Assembly: GCF_030028105.1 (NCBI RefSeq)
Contig: NC_092393.1
Coordinates: 37,363,248-37,427,247 of the forward strand
DNA: 64,000 nt
Direction: 5' to 3'
Source of the DNA: Mobula birostris
Lineage: Eukaryota
Shown piece by piece: positions 39,831 through 53,720 of the stretch. Position 1 is the stretch's first letter. Every line of letters begins with the position of its first letter. The position numbers and the translations under genes were made by a program. Under the pieces are notes generated by a model, which was not told the origin of the DNA, did not search any database, and saw only the letters and a list, made by a program, of their open reading frames with translations.

Positions 39831-40892
39831 ACTATCGGAACGTCATGGATTTTTATTCTGTACTCAACAGGATTATATCCAGAGCCTTACTAAATTGGCC
39901 ATAAATTTAAAATGACTAATCAAAATCATGTCAATAAAATAGCAAGTGGAGATTTACTCATTTTGATAGTTGTTGCCATTTATTGCCTTTTAACGGTTAT
40001 CTCTTTTACATCTCTTTATATTTTATCATATAATATTCATTGTGTATTATATCTTTTTATCCAAGTAGAGTATGAAAATGATACAAAATTTTCCTATTGG
40101 CTCTGCATATGTCATTAATAGTTATAGATGTCATTAATTTGCTTTTTGTTTTCTTCTCATCTTTCTAAAATCAATGTATTTTGAAAAGTTTCTCCAAAAT
40201 TTAGTTTTCAGTATTTTATTTTGATGTAGGATTGATCAGGCTTTTGTAACTGTTACGTTGTTCTTGCATTCATTTTCAAAATTTTATGCACATGAGTATT
40301 ATGTGAACTCAGCAAATCTAAATCAAGTATTAGTTAGTGCACAGGACAACCCAACATCAAAAAGTTAATTTGAATTGGTTAATCTGTTTACTCTGACATC
40401 AACACATTGGGAAGTACCCACATTAGCTTAGTGGTTCATTTTGTGAACCAGGTGTTAGATTCCACTTCCACTTCCCAACTGGGCAGATCATGGCCAGTAA
40501 CTTCAGGAGCCTGCAGTTAATGTCATGCTCCCGTACAGGGCAAAGAAAAAGTTTCTAAGGTTCTAGTCTATTTGCTGTGCAGTGTAACTGCTTGAAAACA
40601 CATGCATATTACTAATGAGGTAAACAGGATCCGATTCAGCTGCCATCTTTTCCATGAACCTGTTGGCTTATACATGACTAGTCAATGGCTGAGCACAGTG
40701 TAAAGAAGCATCTGGTGCTAGGAATTAGTTCCCGCTGGATAGGATAGGGTGAGGTTTTTGGAAATGCTATTACGAAGATTTACAACACTTTACTAGTCCA
40801 ACTGTTAACCGGTGGTTAAATACACTGGAATCAGTTGCTTTATATTATAGTTCAGATGTTCAGAAAACTCTGTGAAATAAGGTACTCCTTAA

Positions 40893-42228
40893 GAACATAA
40901 GATAAGATGGGACAAATGGCATAATTCTGTTCCCATATCCTATGGTCTTAAGAGCAGAATTAGGCCATTTTGGCCCACCGAGTCTGTTCATTATTTCATC
41001 ATGGCTGATCCATTCCCCTCTCAGTCCCAGTCTCTTGCCTTCTCCCCATAACCCTTCATGCCCTGATTAGTCAACAATGTTCCAACCTCTGCCTTAAATA
41101 TACCCAGTGACTTGACCTGTAGAGCCACCTGTGGCAACGAATTCCACAGATTTACCACTCGCTGACTAAAGAAATTCCTTTTCACCTCTGTTCTAAATTG
41201 ACATCCATCTATTCTGAGGCTGTGCCCTCTGATCCTAGACTCTCTCACCATTGGAAGCATCCTCTCCACATCTATTCCATTGATGCCTTTCAACATTCGA
41301 TAGGTTTCAATGAGATTCCCCCTCATTCTTCTGAATTCCAGTGAGTACAGGTCCAGAGCCATCGAACGCTTTTCATATGGTAAGCCTTTCAATCCTGGAA
41401 TCATTTCCGTGAACCTGCTTTGAACCCTCTCCAATGTCAGCACATCCTTTCTTAGATAAGGGGCCCAAAACTGGTCACAATACTCCAAATGATGCCTGAT
41501 CAGTGCATTATAAAGCCTCAACATTACATCCTTGCTTTTATATTCTAGTCCTCTCAAAATGAATGCAAACATTGTATTTCTTTCCTCACCACCAGCTCAA
41601 CCTGCTAATTAACCTGTAGGGAATCCTGCACTGGCACTTCTTTGTCCATTTTCCTAATCTGTTTAAGTCCTTCTGTAGCCTCTCTGCTTCCTCAAAACTA
41701 CCTGCCCCTTCACCTACCTTCATATCGTCCAGAAACTTGGCCACAAAGCCATCAATTTCATCATCCAAATCATTAACATATAAAGTAAAAATAAGTGGTT
41801 GCAACACATACCCTAGTGAAACATCACAAGTTATCAGCAGCCAACTAGTAAAGGCTCCCTTTATTCCTGCTCTTTGCCTCCAGCCAGTCAGCCAATGCTC
41901 TTTCCATGCTAGTACCTCTCCTGTAATACCATGGATCCTTGTTAAGCAGCTTCATGTGTGGCACATGAGGTCTTCTGAAAGTCCAAGTAAGAACGTTGAC
42001 TGATTCTCCTGTGTCTATCCTGTTTCTTATTTCTTTAAAGAGTTTCAACAAATGAGTCAGGCAGGATTTTCCCTTAAGGAAACCATGCTGACTTTTGCCT
42101 ACTTTATCATGTGCCTCCAAGTACCACAAAACCACATCCATAACAATCGACTGCAACATCTTCCCAACCACTGAGGTCAGACTAACTGGCCTATAATTTC
42201 TCTCCCTTCTTGAAGAGTGGAGTGACGT
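40893..42228 (-). mobile_element. CR1 LINE RT fragment
   Basis: Frameshifted ORFs 41021-41572, 41586-41807 and 41845-42171 (SQHGFLKGKSCLT, FVAKF.DD). Confidence 0.9.
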
Positions 42229-42778
42229 TTACAATAAAAAAAACAGAAAACAAAAACCAAAAAAGATCGGGTGAAAAACACAGAATACAAAAATACCAAA
42301 AGACTGAAAAAGAAATCCACATCCAAAACACAAAAAACCTGGGCACACGCTCCTCTCCGTAGCAAAGCGATCTCACCAGTGATTAAAAGGCAGTCTGCCC
42401 TCTCCAGCAGCAGAGTGATCCCCCCCCCAGTAATAAAAAGGCAGGCAGCCAGCATTTCAATCTCCCTCATCACTTTAAATGGCAAACAATGGAAGTTTTA
42501 TTTGGCGAAATGGAGTCAAACATTAGCTCATAGCTTTCTTGCCCCATGGTTCCCACACACTGCCTCTGCCTCCTGGAATCCCCTCGGAGACTGCAGAGCA
42601 CTTAAACACCCGAATGACCTCCAAACTGCAAATCACAGGTTCCAACCTTTCCAGAATCACATTCAAGGCAAAAAAACAAATGTAAAAGACATAAAAGAAG
42701 TGAACTGTTTGGTTTCATGATCTATCCAGAAGATGTTGACTGAAGGACTGTTGTAAGCAGGTGCCATCTTGACCAGAA
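42229..42778 (-). mobile_element. 5' part of non-autonomous element starting TTCTGGTCAAGATGGCACC
   Basis: Same start as the element at 6386. Confidence 0.5.
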
Positions 42779-42779
42779 A

Positions 42780-44218
42780 TCAGAGGAATGTCAATCTGAT
42801 GTATGTCTCATCTGCTGCACTTAATTTCCATGGCTGACCACTGCGTTTCTGGTCCTCAGCCTTGCCCATTTCTTTATGCTTCTTCAGAAGAGCAAGGACA
42901 GCACATTTTGAAATTCCTGTCTGGCGCACATTTTCTGCTTGCTTGGGAGAGTCCTTGCTGATGCAGGATGACCACCATGTGTCCTGTTGCCATGGTGTAA
43001 GAATTGATGATTTGAAGGTTAATGTAACACATCTGTCACACCTCACCTTTTAGTTTGGTTGTGTTTTGCCCAGTTTGGTTCCTCCTCCTCCTTTTGTGCA
43101 CACCTGTCAGGAAGTTGCAATATTGCCACCTACTGTAATACCATGTGAAGGGAGCCATGACAGGGATCAGATCCTACCTCTCAAACCGGTTTTAATTCCA
43201 TAGTTATGTTCACCTCCCCATTTTGCTCATCACAATTCCCCCCTGCAAGAAGTGTCAACATGTCCCACTCGTTGACACTTTAAAACACTGCAATGGATCA
43301 TGCACTCTAACAGAATAACTAATACAGCCTGAATAAACTTTTGACGGTAGCAATTCCTCAGAAAAACGCAACAGAACAGACTAGCACATTTTCCCTTCTT
43401 TCCAAGTTTACCTTACCCCTACTCAGGTTGTCCCTATTATCTTCTCTAGATACACACCGAGTTTCACCAGAAATAACATCCCAAACCTTCATTTCTGCCC
43501 CTACCAATGTACTAACAATTTTACTGTCATCCAGAGTCTTCATTCTCAATATTTTTTCCTGTTCTTTTACATCGGTACTTGTAATCAACACCCTACCTTT
43601 GCTAAGACATATTGCGGACTTTATGAAAATTCTGAGTAGCCTTCGTCAAGTGAAACAGATGAAGATGTTTATGAGAATTAGATATAAATGTAATCATTTC
43701 TATGAAGTTGATATCATCTTCCACCACAGTCCTAATGTCTTTCACAGGGCAACCCTCCTCATCTGAACTCGTTTCTCCCCCACCCCCGACTCAGTTTCCT
43801 TTTATTTCTTACCAAATTCCATTCCATACCATCACTTAACTCCCTATCTGAACTTCCCGCCATAGGTTCCCCTCAGTCACATTACAGGGGGTGTAACTGG
43901 CAGCGGTCTCTTCCGGCCAAAACATCCACCTCAGAGTCCTCCAACCTTACGCTACTCCAAAAATCTTGCCCTTCCCTCATCACGTTTCCCAGTTTGATTC
44001 CTTCTACACGCATTTCCTTTCTGGCTGATCAGTTTAGTTCATTCATTTAATTATGTCATTGATTATTTTTCTAAATAATTTTTTTTGGAAAATGAATGTT
44101 TGGAAATCTAAAATTTGCTCTTTTCTATTGACACACTAATGCAGAAGACAAAAACTAAACACTGAAAACAAAATTTATATAAAAAATCTAGGGTCCATAC
44201 GACCTTTGCACAGTGCTG
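42780..44218 (-). mobile_element. Tc1 transposon remnant (transposase N-terminus plus TIR), interrupted at about 43085-44025 by unclassified, possibly LTR-element, sequence
   Basis: RQTGISKCAVLALLKKHKEMGKAEDQKRSGQP.KLSAADE.YI (paired-like HTH with GRPR-like linker); terminus TTTGCACAGTGCTG|TA. Confidence 0.7.
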
Positions 44219-46077
44219 TATCTCTTCCCACTTTCAGAGTGAATGTATCTTCCAAGATCTCCAGAATAAATGTCCAAAATGATTCACATCTGACTTTACT
44301 CTGCATTCTAGTGTTAATTTTTTAAATCACAGATGTACTACCAATATCAAAGTTTTAAATTACCTGTCTTTTGATCAACGTAGAGCTTTAGAACAAAATA
44401 GAAAAATATCAATTTCTTGAAGTCTGAAGAGCAGAGTATAAAACATATTGCTGTATGTACAGTGTGAAAAAATATGTTTGTCTGGTCACAGTTTATGTTT
44501 CCAGAAGTTGGTATGGAGATTACCTGTTTGCACTTTTTTAGCGATTGGTTTTGCTGAACTTCATGCAGTGAAGTATAGACTGCATGAGATGATTGTGCTA
44601 TCATTATGCTTGAGCATTGATGAACTCAAGAGGCAGTTCTGAGGCTGTACTGCTGACTAGTGAACCATTAGCTGACTGTGCAATTAGTAAGTTCGGGTGA
44701 ACACTACTATAATTTTCCAATCACTGCTGGTTGAAAACTTTGAGTGTTGTACATTTGGAGTCCTGATTGGTTCTGATAGTAAGAGTATTTCTCTGCCAAC
44801 TGTGCAGACTCTTTAAAATCACCTCACTTTGGTATCATTATCATTATTCATAACCTTAACCATTGAGGCATAATAGCAGGTGATGAAAGAAGCATGAGCA
44901 ATAATGAGACCAATTGAAATCCTAATCTTAAAAGTAGGCATGTGAAATGACCTGATAGCAGGTTTAGTGCTGTCTGTGCAGTAGACACATTGTGTAAAAG
45001 AACCTATTATATACATATGCAAGCCAATAGCATCTATAATTTCTGTGTTCTTCATATGACAGTTTAAATACTTTGGCTTTGTAATTAAGCATTTTGATTT
45101 AGTTTTGGAAAATAGAAAGCCCAGTGTTCTTTCTGCTATTTTACCACTATAACATATTTGGTTAGTGCATGGAAGTGAACAAATTGGAAATAACTTTGAT
45201 TACCTACCCTTGAGTTGATGTTTCTTTACATTTGGCTTGTTTGTTAATATAGAACTTTTTTCCTTCAGTCTCTTGGGTGAATAACTTGTTTTCATGAAAG
45301 ATGAATTAACTTTAAAAATTAAATAACTGTATACCAAAAATGAATGATGTGATGTGATACCTAAAATAATTACAGCTATGTTATACTTACACAGATGTGT
45401 TAAATACAAAGAAGGAACAGATGGTCTTATCTCCAGCTAATTGTTAAATGTTTGAACCAGTTAAATTGGCTTAAGGAGGACACACCTGGTTCAGCAAGGT
45501 TACAGCCCATCTCTTTAATTAGTCATTGAAGATAGCAGTTGTCTTGGGGACTGAGATATTTCTTTTATATACTGAGATACTACAGGCAATCATTCAGGTC
45601 CATGACAAATAGAACGGTCTTGGCTGGGTAGACACCAGGTCTGTGTTTATACTTGGCACAGTTTTAACTATTTAAACTTTCATGGACTTGGTGTCTCAAT
45701 ACTGTTTATTATCCATCTTAATGGCATCTTAACCAAGCTTGGATATTTTATACTTGGTCTCTTCATTCAAGCCAGTGTTTTAGGTTGCAAGTAGCTGAGA
45801 CTCGGGTGCTGACCCTTGTTCTACAAGATTACTGCTCACTTATTTCGCTTGATCTTGTGAATGACAGCAGCAGATGGTGAAGAGTAGCAGCCATTATTAT
45901 TTTTCACTTATTCACAAAGGATGCAGTCAGGAATGTTGAAGGAAATGCTAGGTAATAACTATGTGAGAGAAAAGAATAATTTTCCCATTCACTAATAGAC
46001 AAGGAAATAATCACAAGCAGTAGCTTCTTCATCTTTTGTGATAAGGTGAAACTAAATATTTTCATCATAAGAATCCA

Positions 46078-46150
46078 TTCCCAACCTGGGGTCCACAGAG
46101 CCCTTGCTTAATGGTATTGGTCCATGGCATAAAAAAGGTTGGGAACCCCT
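46078..46150. mobile_element. Short hAT-like MITE
   Basis: Inverted ends TTCCCAACCT ... AGGTTGGGAA(CCCCT). Confidence 0.55.
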
Positions 46151-47970
46151 TATTTACAGGAATGTAGAATTTTTGAATTCCATTTGCTGTTTCTGTGGAT
46201 TAGCATAACAATCACCAATCTGGTTAAAGTGGATTTAGCTGTGACAGAAGAGCATGCTGGGAATTGTAGGAACATTAAGAGAATTTTTGGTCCTCAGTGC
46301 TTGTAGATGTTCTATAATCTGCTTTTAACAGTGTTTTAGCACATACATGCAAATTGATTTTCTGAATAAGAAAACTTTTGAGTAGAAATGGCTTGAGTAT
46401 AATTATGTTGCATACAGATGATTGCTCATCATTGACATTGATTCTACACATACTAAAAATGAACAGACGATAGCAGCATAACTTAATCAATAGAACTTCT
46501 ATAAAAACTCAACAATTTTCTTGATTAGAACTATATATTGGAATTGATTTCTTATATACAAACTTGCAAATGGAGCTATAGCAAGATTTAGCCACACAAT
46601 CGTGAGTGTATAGGGAATATAATAATAAAGGGTTGAGGTTACAGCCTTGCAGGACACTGGTGTGAAGGATAAAATCATGGAGGAGGTATTGTTTCCTATC
46701 CTTACTGATTTCTGTCCATTGATTAGGAAGTCAGGGATTCAGTTGCAGAAGTAGGTGCAGAGTCATAGGTCTATGGGTTTGAGGGTGAGTCAAGAATTAT
46801 AGCACTGCAGACAGAGCTATAATCAATAAGTAGGAGTCTGATGTAGATGTCTTTGTTATCCAGATGAAAATGGTCTTAAAATTATGCAACATTTAAATGA
46901 ACTGTATAGCTTCTTGACTTGTAGATGATTAACCTTTATATTTTGGTTAGAATAAATTACACACCATTAAACGTCCTGTGCATTTCTTCCTTTCATCACC
47001 AGTGCACATTGGCAACAGTGTGCACCACCTACATAAGTGTACTGTGTTTACTCACCCCGTCCATCGCCAAAAACATCTCCCACCTGCAACTTCTACTGCC
47101 AAGGCCAAGTATTGTATGTGGAAACACTACCATATGCAGATTCATTCATCACTGACCACCCTGAAGGTATACTTTTATCATCACTAGGTCCAAATCCTAA
47201 AACTCCCAACTTACCGAAAGGACTATACCAAACTACCCACCCACCAATAACGGATCTTCACCAAAAGGAAGGCAGGAGCTCGAGAATGTGGCAATAATTA
47301 ACGGCTTTGCCAATAATGTGCAGATTCCAAAACACCATTAAACATTGCAATCCATCTATTTCTTCTCAAAAGAACAATGGAATATATTTAAAGAGCAAGA
47401 TGACTTTAGACTTTCAAAGTGAAATAACTTGGCATCAATCTCAGTCTTTCTAATCTATAGAACGTAATTTGGTGACTTTAAGAGAAACATGGTCAAATTG
47501 CTAACTGTGGTGAAAATTGTATGTCTTTCATAAAAGAAAGATCATTACACAGAGTACTCGGGGTAAAAAAAATACATATACAGAGATTTACAGAATTCCT
47601 TCTTGCTAATCTATGGGTCTCAATATTTCTCAGGTGTCCAAGTTACATTTACAAATTGTCAGGGATCAGAATTATCTTTTTCAGTTATGTGTATGGGATT
47701 ATACATATTTCTTAAAAAAAACATTTTATCACTTCAGACTTGTGTGCTTAAATTCCTAGTTTGGCGTTTCGGCAAAAGAACTTAACATCATGGCAGATGC
47801 GGAAAAATATTTTTAAGGGCTTTGTTGTATTAAGAGTGATGTTGATCCATCAAGTGAAAATCAGAGCTCGGTGCTAGCAAGTTACTTGAATGTTTGCAGA
47901 TATTTGAAATTAATAAGTGAAATGTGCTATTGAGCTGTAATAAATTTCAATGTCTGTTTTGTAAATCCAG

Positions 47971-48046
47971 GGAACAAAATGTATTTTCAACTTGTGTCGT
48001 GGTTGTTGTAAGAAGAAAGCGTTCAAAGAAATGGCTGACTGTGCAG
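47971..48046 (+). CDS. DUS1L: DUS1L coding exon 12: GTKCIFNLCRGCCKKKAFKEMADCA
   Basis: CxFxLCRGCCKK Cys-rich motif; AG/GT flanks; 76 nt. Confidence 0.95.
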
Positions 48047-48833
48047 GTCAGTAAACTCTAAAGATTGTATAATCAATTAAATCCTAGTATTTGAATTAAA
48101 CACAGAATGCTGGAAAGATTCATCAAATCGGGCAGGATCTGTGGAGAGAGAGAGAAATTGAGATCATGCTGGAAACCTCTTTCACCTCCTACTCCCCCCC
48201 CCCATAGAAGTTGCAGTCATTCACTTTTTAAATCTTTTTCTGTTTTGAATTTGATTACAGCTCTTTAAACAGCGACATAGCGAAATCCCACAGAGTAACT
48301 TTTATCAACCAAAAACTACTGTTTGCTAACCAGCAAGTTGTTAATTGGCTTCATAGTTGGGCAACAGGAGGACATTGACCCACACAGATCAAGGTCCTGA
48401 AGGTATAGTAGTGGTGTAGTTGGCCGTTATAAAGGACATGCGTCTGGCACCTGAGCTCTGTTTGCATCAGCCATTTGTCCCAGTGTTTAATATTTTAACA
48501 GCTCCTTAGCTGGTTAGCCATGAGAAATGTGTATCCTTATGAGAGTACCTCTTCCTCTTCTTTAATCCCTTCTTAAAATCCACACTTCACTAAGCTTTTA
48601 ATTGCTTTGGTCTTGCCCTTTTTCTAATTACTTTTCTAAAACCCATTGCAATGTTTGCATACGTCACTGGTGCATCATAGATCCAAAGTTTTGATCATAT
48701 TAGAAACAGATACTCACCTTCGTGTTACAAATTACAGTGAGACCAGAATGAGACACAGCTGAGGTATTGATTGCTTCATCAGCTTCAGACAGAATACGGC
48801 TTTTTAATGAATTGTTGTTTGGTTTATTGGTAG

Positions 48834-48943
48834 GACATGGATTACTCTTCAAAACTAAACATGAGAAGAGATTGAAATGGAAACTAATGGAAGAGGGAAT
48901 ACTGGAAAATGGAGACAGAATTCATGAACATTTGGGTTCCTGA
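48834..48943 (+). CDS. DUS1L: DUS1L last coding exon: GHGLLFKTKHEKRLKWKLMEEGILENGDRIHEHLGS*
   Basis: GHGLLFKTK motif; TGA at 48941-48943; total spliced CDS 1416 nt in frame. Confidence 0.94.
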
Positions 48944-49848
48944 AGAAATTGTCCATCCCATTAAATTTTAATGGATATTTGGTTTGTTGCGCACATGCAC
49001 ACTTAAATGTATTTATGCACAGGGCTCAAGGTTAAGTTTTCTTTTACCATTCAAGTATTAATTTTGAACTATGCTAAGAAGCATTCCGGTCAACTAACTG
49101 TATTAATCTTGTGATATTTGCACAGTATTCCCATGTCCCATTTGACTTTTAATTTTGGTTTCCCGGTTCCCTCTCTGATTTTAATACTTAGCTGTCAAGC
49201 AAATGAAAGAGAACATTTGTTAGTATCCATTGAAGCCATCAACAAAATTATGCCTTCAATAATTATTTTAAATGCCTATCATTCTTTTGTCCTTAGAGAG
49301 TAATAATCCAAAGGGGAAGTTAAATAATCCATAGCTAATAAAATGGTCTCCAATCTGCTAACTTATCATGAATTTCCAGAACCGCAGATATCTACCAGAT
49401 GTCAGCTAATCATTCTTAATCTTTTAAAGACATTTACAGGAAGGAAGCTTCCAGTGTATAAATTTTATCTATGGTAGTTTGCAAAAGATGCTTAATTGGT
49501 CCAAGATATTTTAAAGTTTTAATTTTAATATTATCTTACATGACACCTCCCAAGGAGTTCATCAGCTTTGTGCGCTGGTTTTGGAAATTGTTGTGACCTC
49601 TGCTATACTGAACACTTGAGACCCACTGTGCAAGGCTTGCTAATTCAAGAAAAACTTCCAAGAATGCAAAGTCTGATGGAAATGTATGCTTGAAGGTACT
49701 CTGTTTTTGTCTTTCACTGTTGTAATGTGATGCCCATTGGGCATTGCCATTGACAATAATTGAGCAAATATTTTATGACTGAGCTTCACAGATGAAATTC
49801 TTTTTCTTAAAATTGTGTGGTATCAAAGGAATGTATTTGCTTTCTTAA

Positions 49849-49898
49849 AATAAATGCATTGTATTACATTAAGTTATTGCAATGGAAAAGAAAATAAA
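49849..49898 (+). terminator. Candidate DUS1L polyadenylation signals (AATAAA at 49849 and 49893; alternatives at 49337 and 50821)
   Basis: Hexamers in repeat-free AT-rich sequence after the stop codon; which one is used cannot be determined. Confidence 0.4.
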
Positions 49899-51126
49899 TT
49901 CCTAAAAGCAACTACAATGTATTTCATAGGTGGCAGTTGGCTAAACATATAAATCTCAGAAATAACAATCTATGTGATGATAATAGATGCATCAATTTAC
50001 CTTTTAAGGCTTTTTATTCTGATTTTATATTTTTATTGCAAAACATTTGATTCATGACTGTATAGTGTGGCTGGTTATAGGATAAACATGAGCAGAGGTT
50101 CTCTGTGCTTGAAATGACTTCTGTGTAATACAATTTAATGCATGCAGGTCAAATGTTCTTGCCTGAGTTTTCTTCATAATCCTTTTGACCCTGAAGCTTC
50201 GAGTGCATCATCATTATTATGGAGGGATAAAGAAGAATCTTGTAGCTTCACTGCATTCATGTTATTATAGGCACTCTGATCGCTAGCCATAATTCACACA
50301 AGGATCTGCAATGATTTGTTTCTTGCCATTAAAATAACTAGCAACGTAAAAATCTGCTGCTATTCAAGGTACAAACATGAGCTCACAGTATCCTAGAGGG
50401 TGAGATTGATCAATAGTAATGTTAAATGGGCTGTTAGTAAATTAAGAGAGGACTGGATTGAACCTCTACAAGCTTCCTCATTTGTGTCCAGCACATTTGG
50501 CCTTGCGTACCCTTAAAATGCATAGAGTCTTTACTATTCCTTGCCCTTTGAATCTGGGTAGATACATTTGAGCATGAAGCCTTTGAGGAATATTCAGAGA
50601 TTTTATTAAGACTGGATGTCAAGTTTTATTTTTGCATAGGCATTCACTTACAGCTGAAATAAGGAAAGCATCATTTGCTGAATTAAGGAATTTCTAAAAT
50701 CAGGTTTTAAACAATATTTTCAGTGCATGGTTTAAAGGAAACATTTTGTTAGATTGGCAGAACTGTTTAATGGTAAATTTGTAAAATTGGTGACTGTTAA
50801 TATTTTCTTTGAAATTATTTAATAAAATTTCAATTTTATGTATAATTATTCCTTTCATAATGGTGTTTTTAATTTCTCTTGCAGTATATATTTGTATGAA
50901 AGCTATTCCTTTTCCAAAAGGAATTTGTAATAACAGCGAATTTCAAATTGTTCAAGATAATCAAGCAAAACCAAGAATTTAGCAAAAGGAATATCTTGTC
51001 TGACTAATGTATTGGTGTTCCGTGAAGAATTGAAGAATGCACAATTAGGGCAACGTGTAGATCTAGTATACTTAGACTTCCAGAAGGCATTTGATAAAGT
51101 TGATCAAGTAAATTTGATTAAGCATT

Positions 51127-51252
51127 TGAAGGGTTTTGGCCCGAAACGTCGAGTGTACTTTTTTCTATAGATGCTGCCAGGCCTGCTGAGTTCCTCCAGC
51201 ATTTTGTGTGTGTTGCTCAGATTTCCAGCAGCTGCAGATGTTCTCTTGTTTG
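51127..51252 (+). mobile_element. PLE tail fragment inserted in an old CR1 piece (about 50950-51350)
   Basis: TGAAGGGTTTTGGCCCGAAACGTCGAGTG...; the flank encodes DLVYLDFQKAFDKV. Confidence 0.85.
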
Positions 51253-51977
51253 CCATATCAAATGTTATTATAATATTGTGGAAGATAAATTATTGACATG
51301 GACAGGAGATTGGATGTCTCACAGGAAATCATGAGCATAAATATTTCCTTTTTTAGAATGAACAACATCATACATGTAAAATCCAAGCTTCTCATTCTAC
51401 TTTTAAGCTTAATGCTCTTTATTTATTTTCTTTAATTTAGCTATTTTTACTTAAACTTTGTAATCAGTATATAAATCGAAAAGCAAACTGAGTGAAGGTA
51501 AATAGAGGTGACATGTAGAACAGTGAATTCTCCTTAACTTCCCTTGGCAATTGGTGGTTTCTGGTATCTGGCTGTGAAATTTTCTACTTGTATTAAGTTT
51601 GGAAGAGAAATTAATAAAAATATTTGTTTAAAGAAGAGCAGATGAAGAGCAAAATCCAGTGAATCATCCTGTGCCTTTCTGCAGCTGCAGGGCACAGCAG
51701 TTTAGACCTCAGATCCTGCTCCTTACTGAAGAAGTTGTATCGTGAGCACTTCCACATATCATCAGATTCAGTCACATTGTAAGTCTTGGCTATTGGAACT
51801 GTAAGCCAGTGTCCATATGGTAACTCTAGGGCCATTTTCATATATACATATCACGATGCCATCATGATACAGGTACTGATCAATCTATTGCACAATTCAG
51901 GGGTTTTATCTTTTTATTACAATTATCCAGTGGCAAAGGCAAAAATGTTTAATATAATAGTCACTATCGTTAGATAC

Positions 51978-53720
51978 CGCCACAAGACATAGGAGCAGAA
52001 TTGGCCACTCGGCCCATTGCATCTGTTCTGCCATTCTATCATGGTTGATTTATTATCCCTCTCAACCCCATCCCCCTGCCTTCTCCCCATAACCTGTGAT
52101 GCCATGACAAAGTAAGAACCTAGTAACCTCTGTTTTAAATATATTTAATGATTTGGCCTCTACAGCCATCTGTGGCAACGAATTCCACAGATTCACCACC
52201 CTCTGGCTCAAGAAATTCCTTCTCATCTTTGTTCTAAATGGATGTCTCTCTATTCTGAGGCTCTGCACTCTGGTCCAACACACACCCACTATAGGAAACA
52301 TCCTCTCCATGTCCGCTCTGTCTCGGCCTTACACTATTTGATACATTTCAAAGGGATACCCCCTCATTCTTCTAAACTCCAGTGAGTGCGGGCCCTGAAC
52401 CATCAAATGCTGCTCATACGTTAACCCTCACATTTCCAGAATCATTCTCATGAGCCTTCTCTGGACCCTCTCCCATGCCAGCACATTTTTTTCTTAGATA
52501 TGGGGCCCAAACCTGCTCCCGATTCTCCCAAGTGCAGTCTGACCAATGATGCCTTAGCATTACAGCCTTGCTCTTATATTCTAGTGCTCTCAAAATGAAT
52601 GCTAACGTTGCATTTGCCTTCCTTACCACTGACTCAGACTGCAAGTTAACCTTCAGAGAATCCTGCACAAGGGATCCCGTCCCTTTGCTCCTCTGGTTTC
52701 TGAATTTTCTTCTTGTTTATAAACTAGTCTGACTTTATTCCTTCTACTAAAGTGCATAACCATATACTTCCCTATACTATATTCTGTCTGCCACTTCATT
52801 GCCCATTCTCCCAATCTGTCCAAATCACTCTGAAGACTCCCTGCTTCCTCAACGCTACCTATCTTTGTATCGTCAGCAAGCTTGGCCACAAAGCCATCAA
52901 ATTTGTTATCCAAATTATTGAGATATAACCTGAAAAGAAGTGGTCCTAAAAGGAAACCATGTTGACTTTGGCCTGTTTTATCATGCGCCTCCAAGTACCC
53001 TGAAACCACATCCTTAATAATGGACTCCAAATCCTCCCAACCACTGAAGTCAGGCTAACTGGCCTCTAAGTTCCTTTCTTCTGCCTCCTTTCCTTCTTAA
53101 AGAATGAGGTGACATTTGCAATTTTCCAGTCCTCTGGAACCATTCCAGAGTCTGTGATAATTATTAATTTCTCCACAGTCTCTTCTGCTACCTCTTTCAG
53201 AACCCTGTGGTGCAGTTCGTCTGGTTCAGGTAACTTATCTACCTTCAGACCATTCCACTTCCCAAGCACCTTCTCATTAGTCATAGCAACTACACTCACT
53301 TCTACCCTCTGACACTCTCGAATTTCTAGCATACTGCTAGTGTCTTCCACAGTGAAGACTGATGCAAAAACCTTTCTAAGTTTGTCCTCCATTACTACTT
53401 CTCCAGTGTCATTTTCTTGCCATCCAATATCTGCTTTTGTTTCTTTTTCACTCTATAGATCTGAAAATACTTCTGGAATCCCCTCTGATATTTTTGGCTA
53501 GCTTACCTTCATTTTCTCTTCTTATGGTTTTTTTTTTAGTTGCCTTCTGTTGGTTTTTAAAAGCTTCCCAATTCCTTAATTTAAAACTTTTTTGCTGTAT
53601 TAAATGCCCTCTCTTTCACTTTTATACTGTTTTTGCATTCCCTTATCACCCACAGTTGCCTCACCCTCCTTTTAGAATACCTCTTCATCTTTGGGATGTG
53701 TCTGTCCTGCATCTTCCGAA
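51978..53720 (-). mobile_element. CR1 LINE fragment with internal deletion
   Basis: Multiple frameshifted ORFs (VPEDWKIANVT, SQHGF, KLADDTKIG, QRVVNLWNSLP). Confidence 0.9.

Noticed and set aside
41021-42171. LINE ORFs as functional host or retroelement genes (also 60185-61171 and 62466-63723)
   Set aside because: Frameshifted, truncated RT remnants; none is an intact autonomous element.
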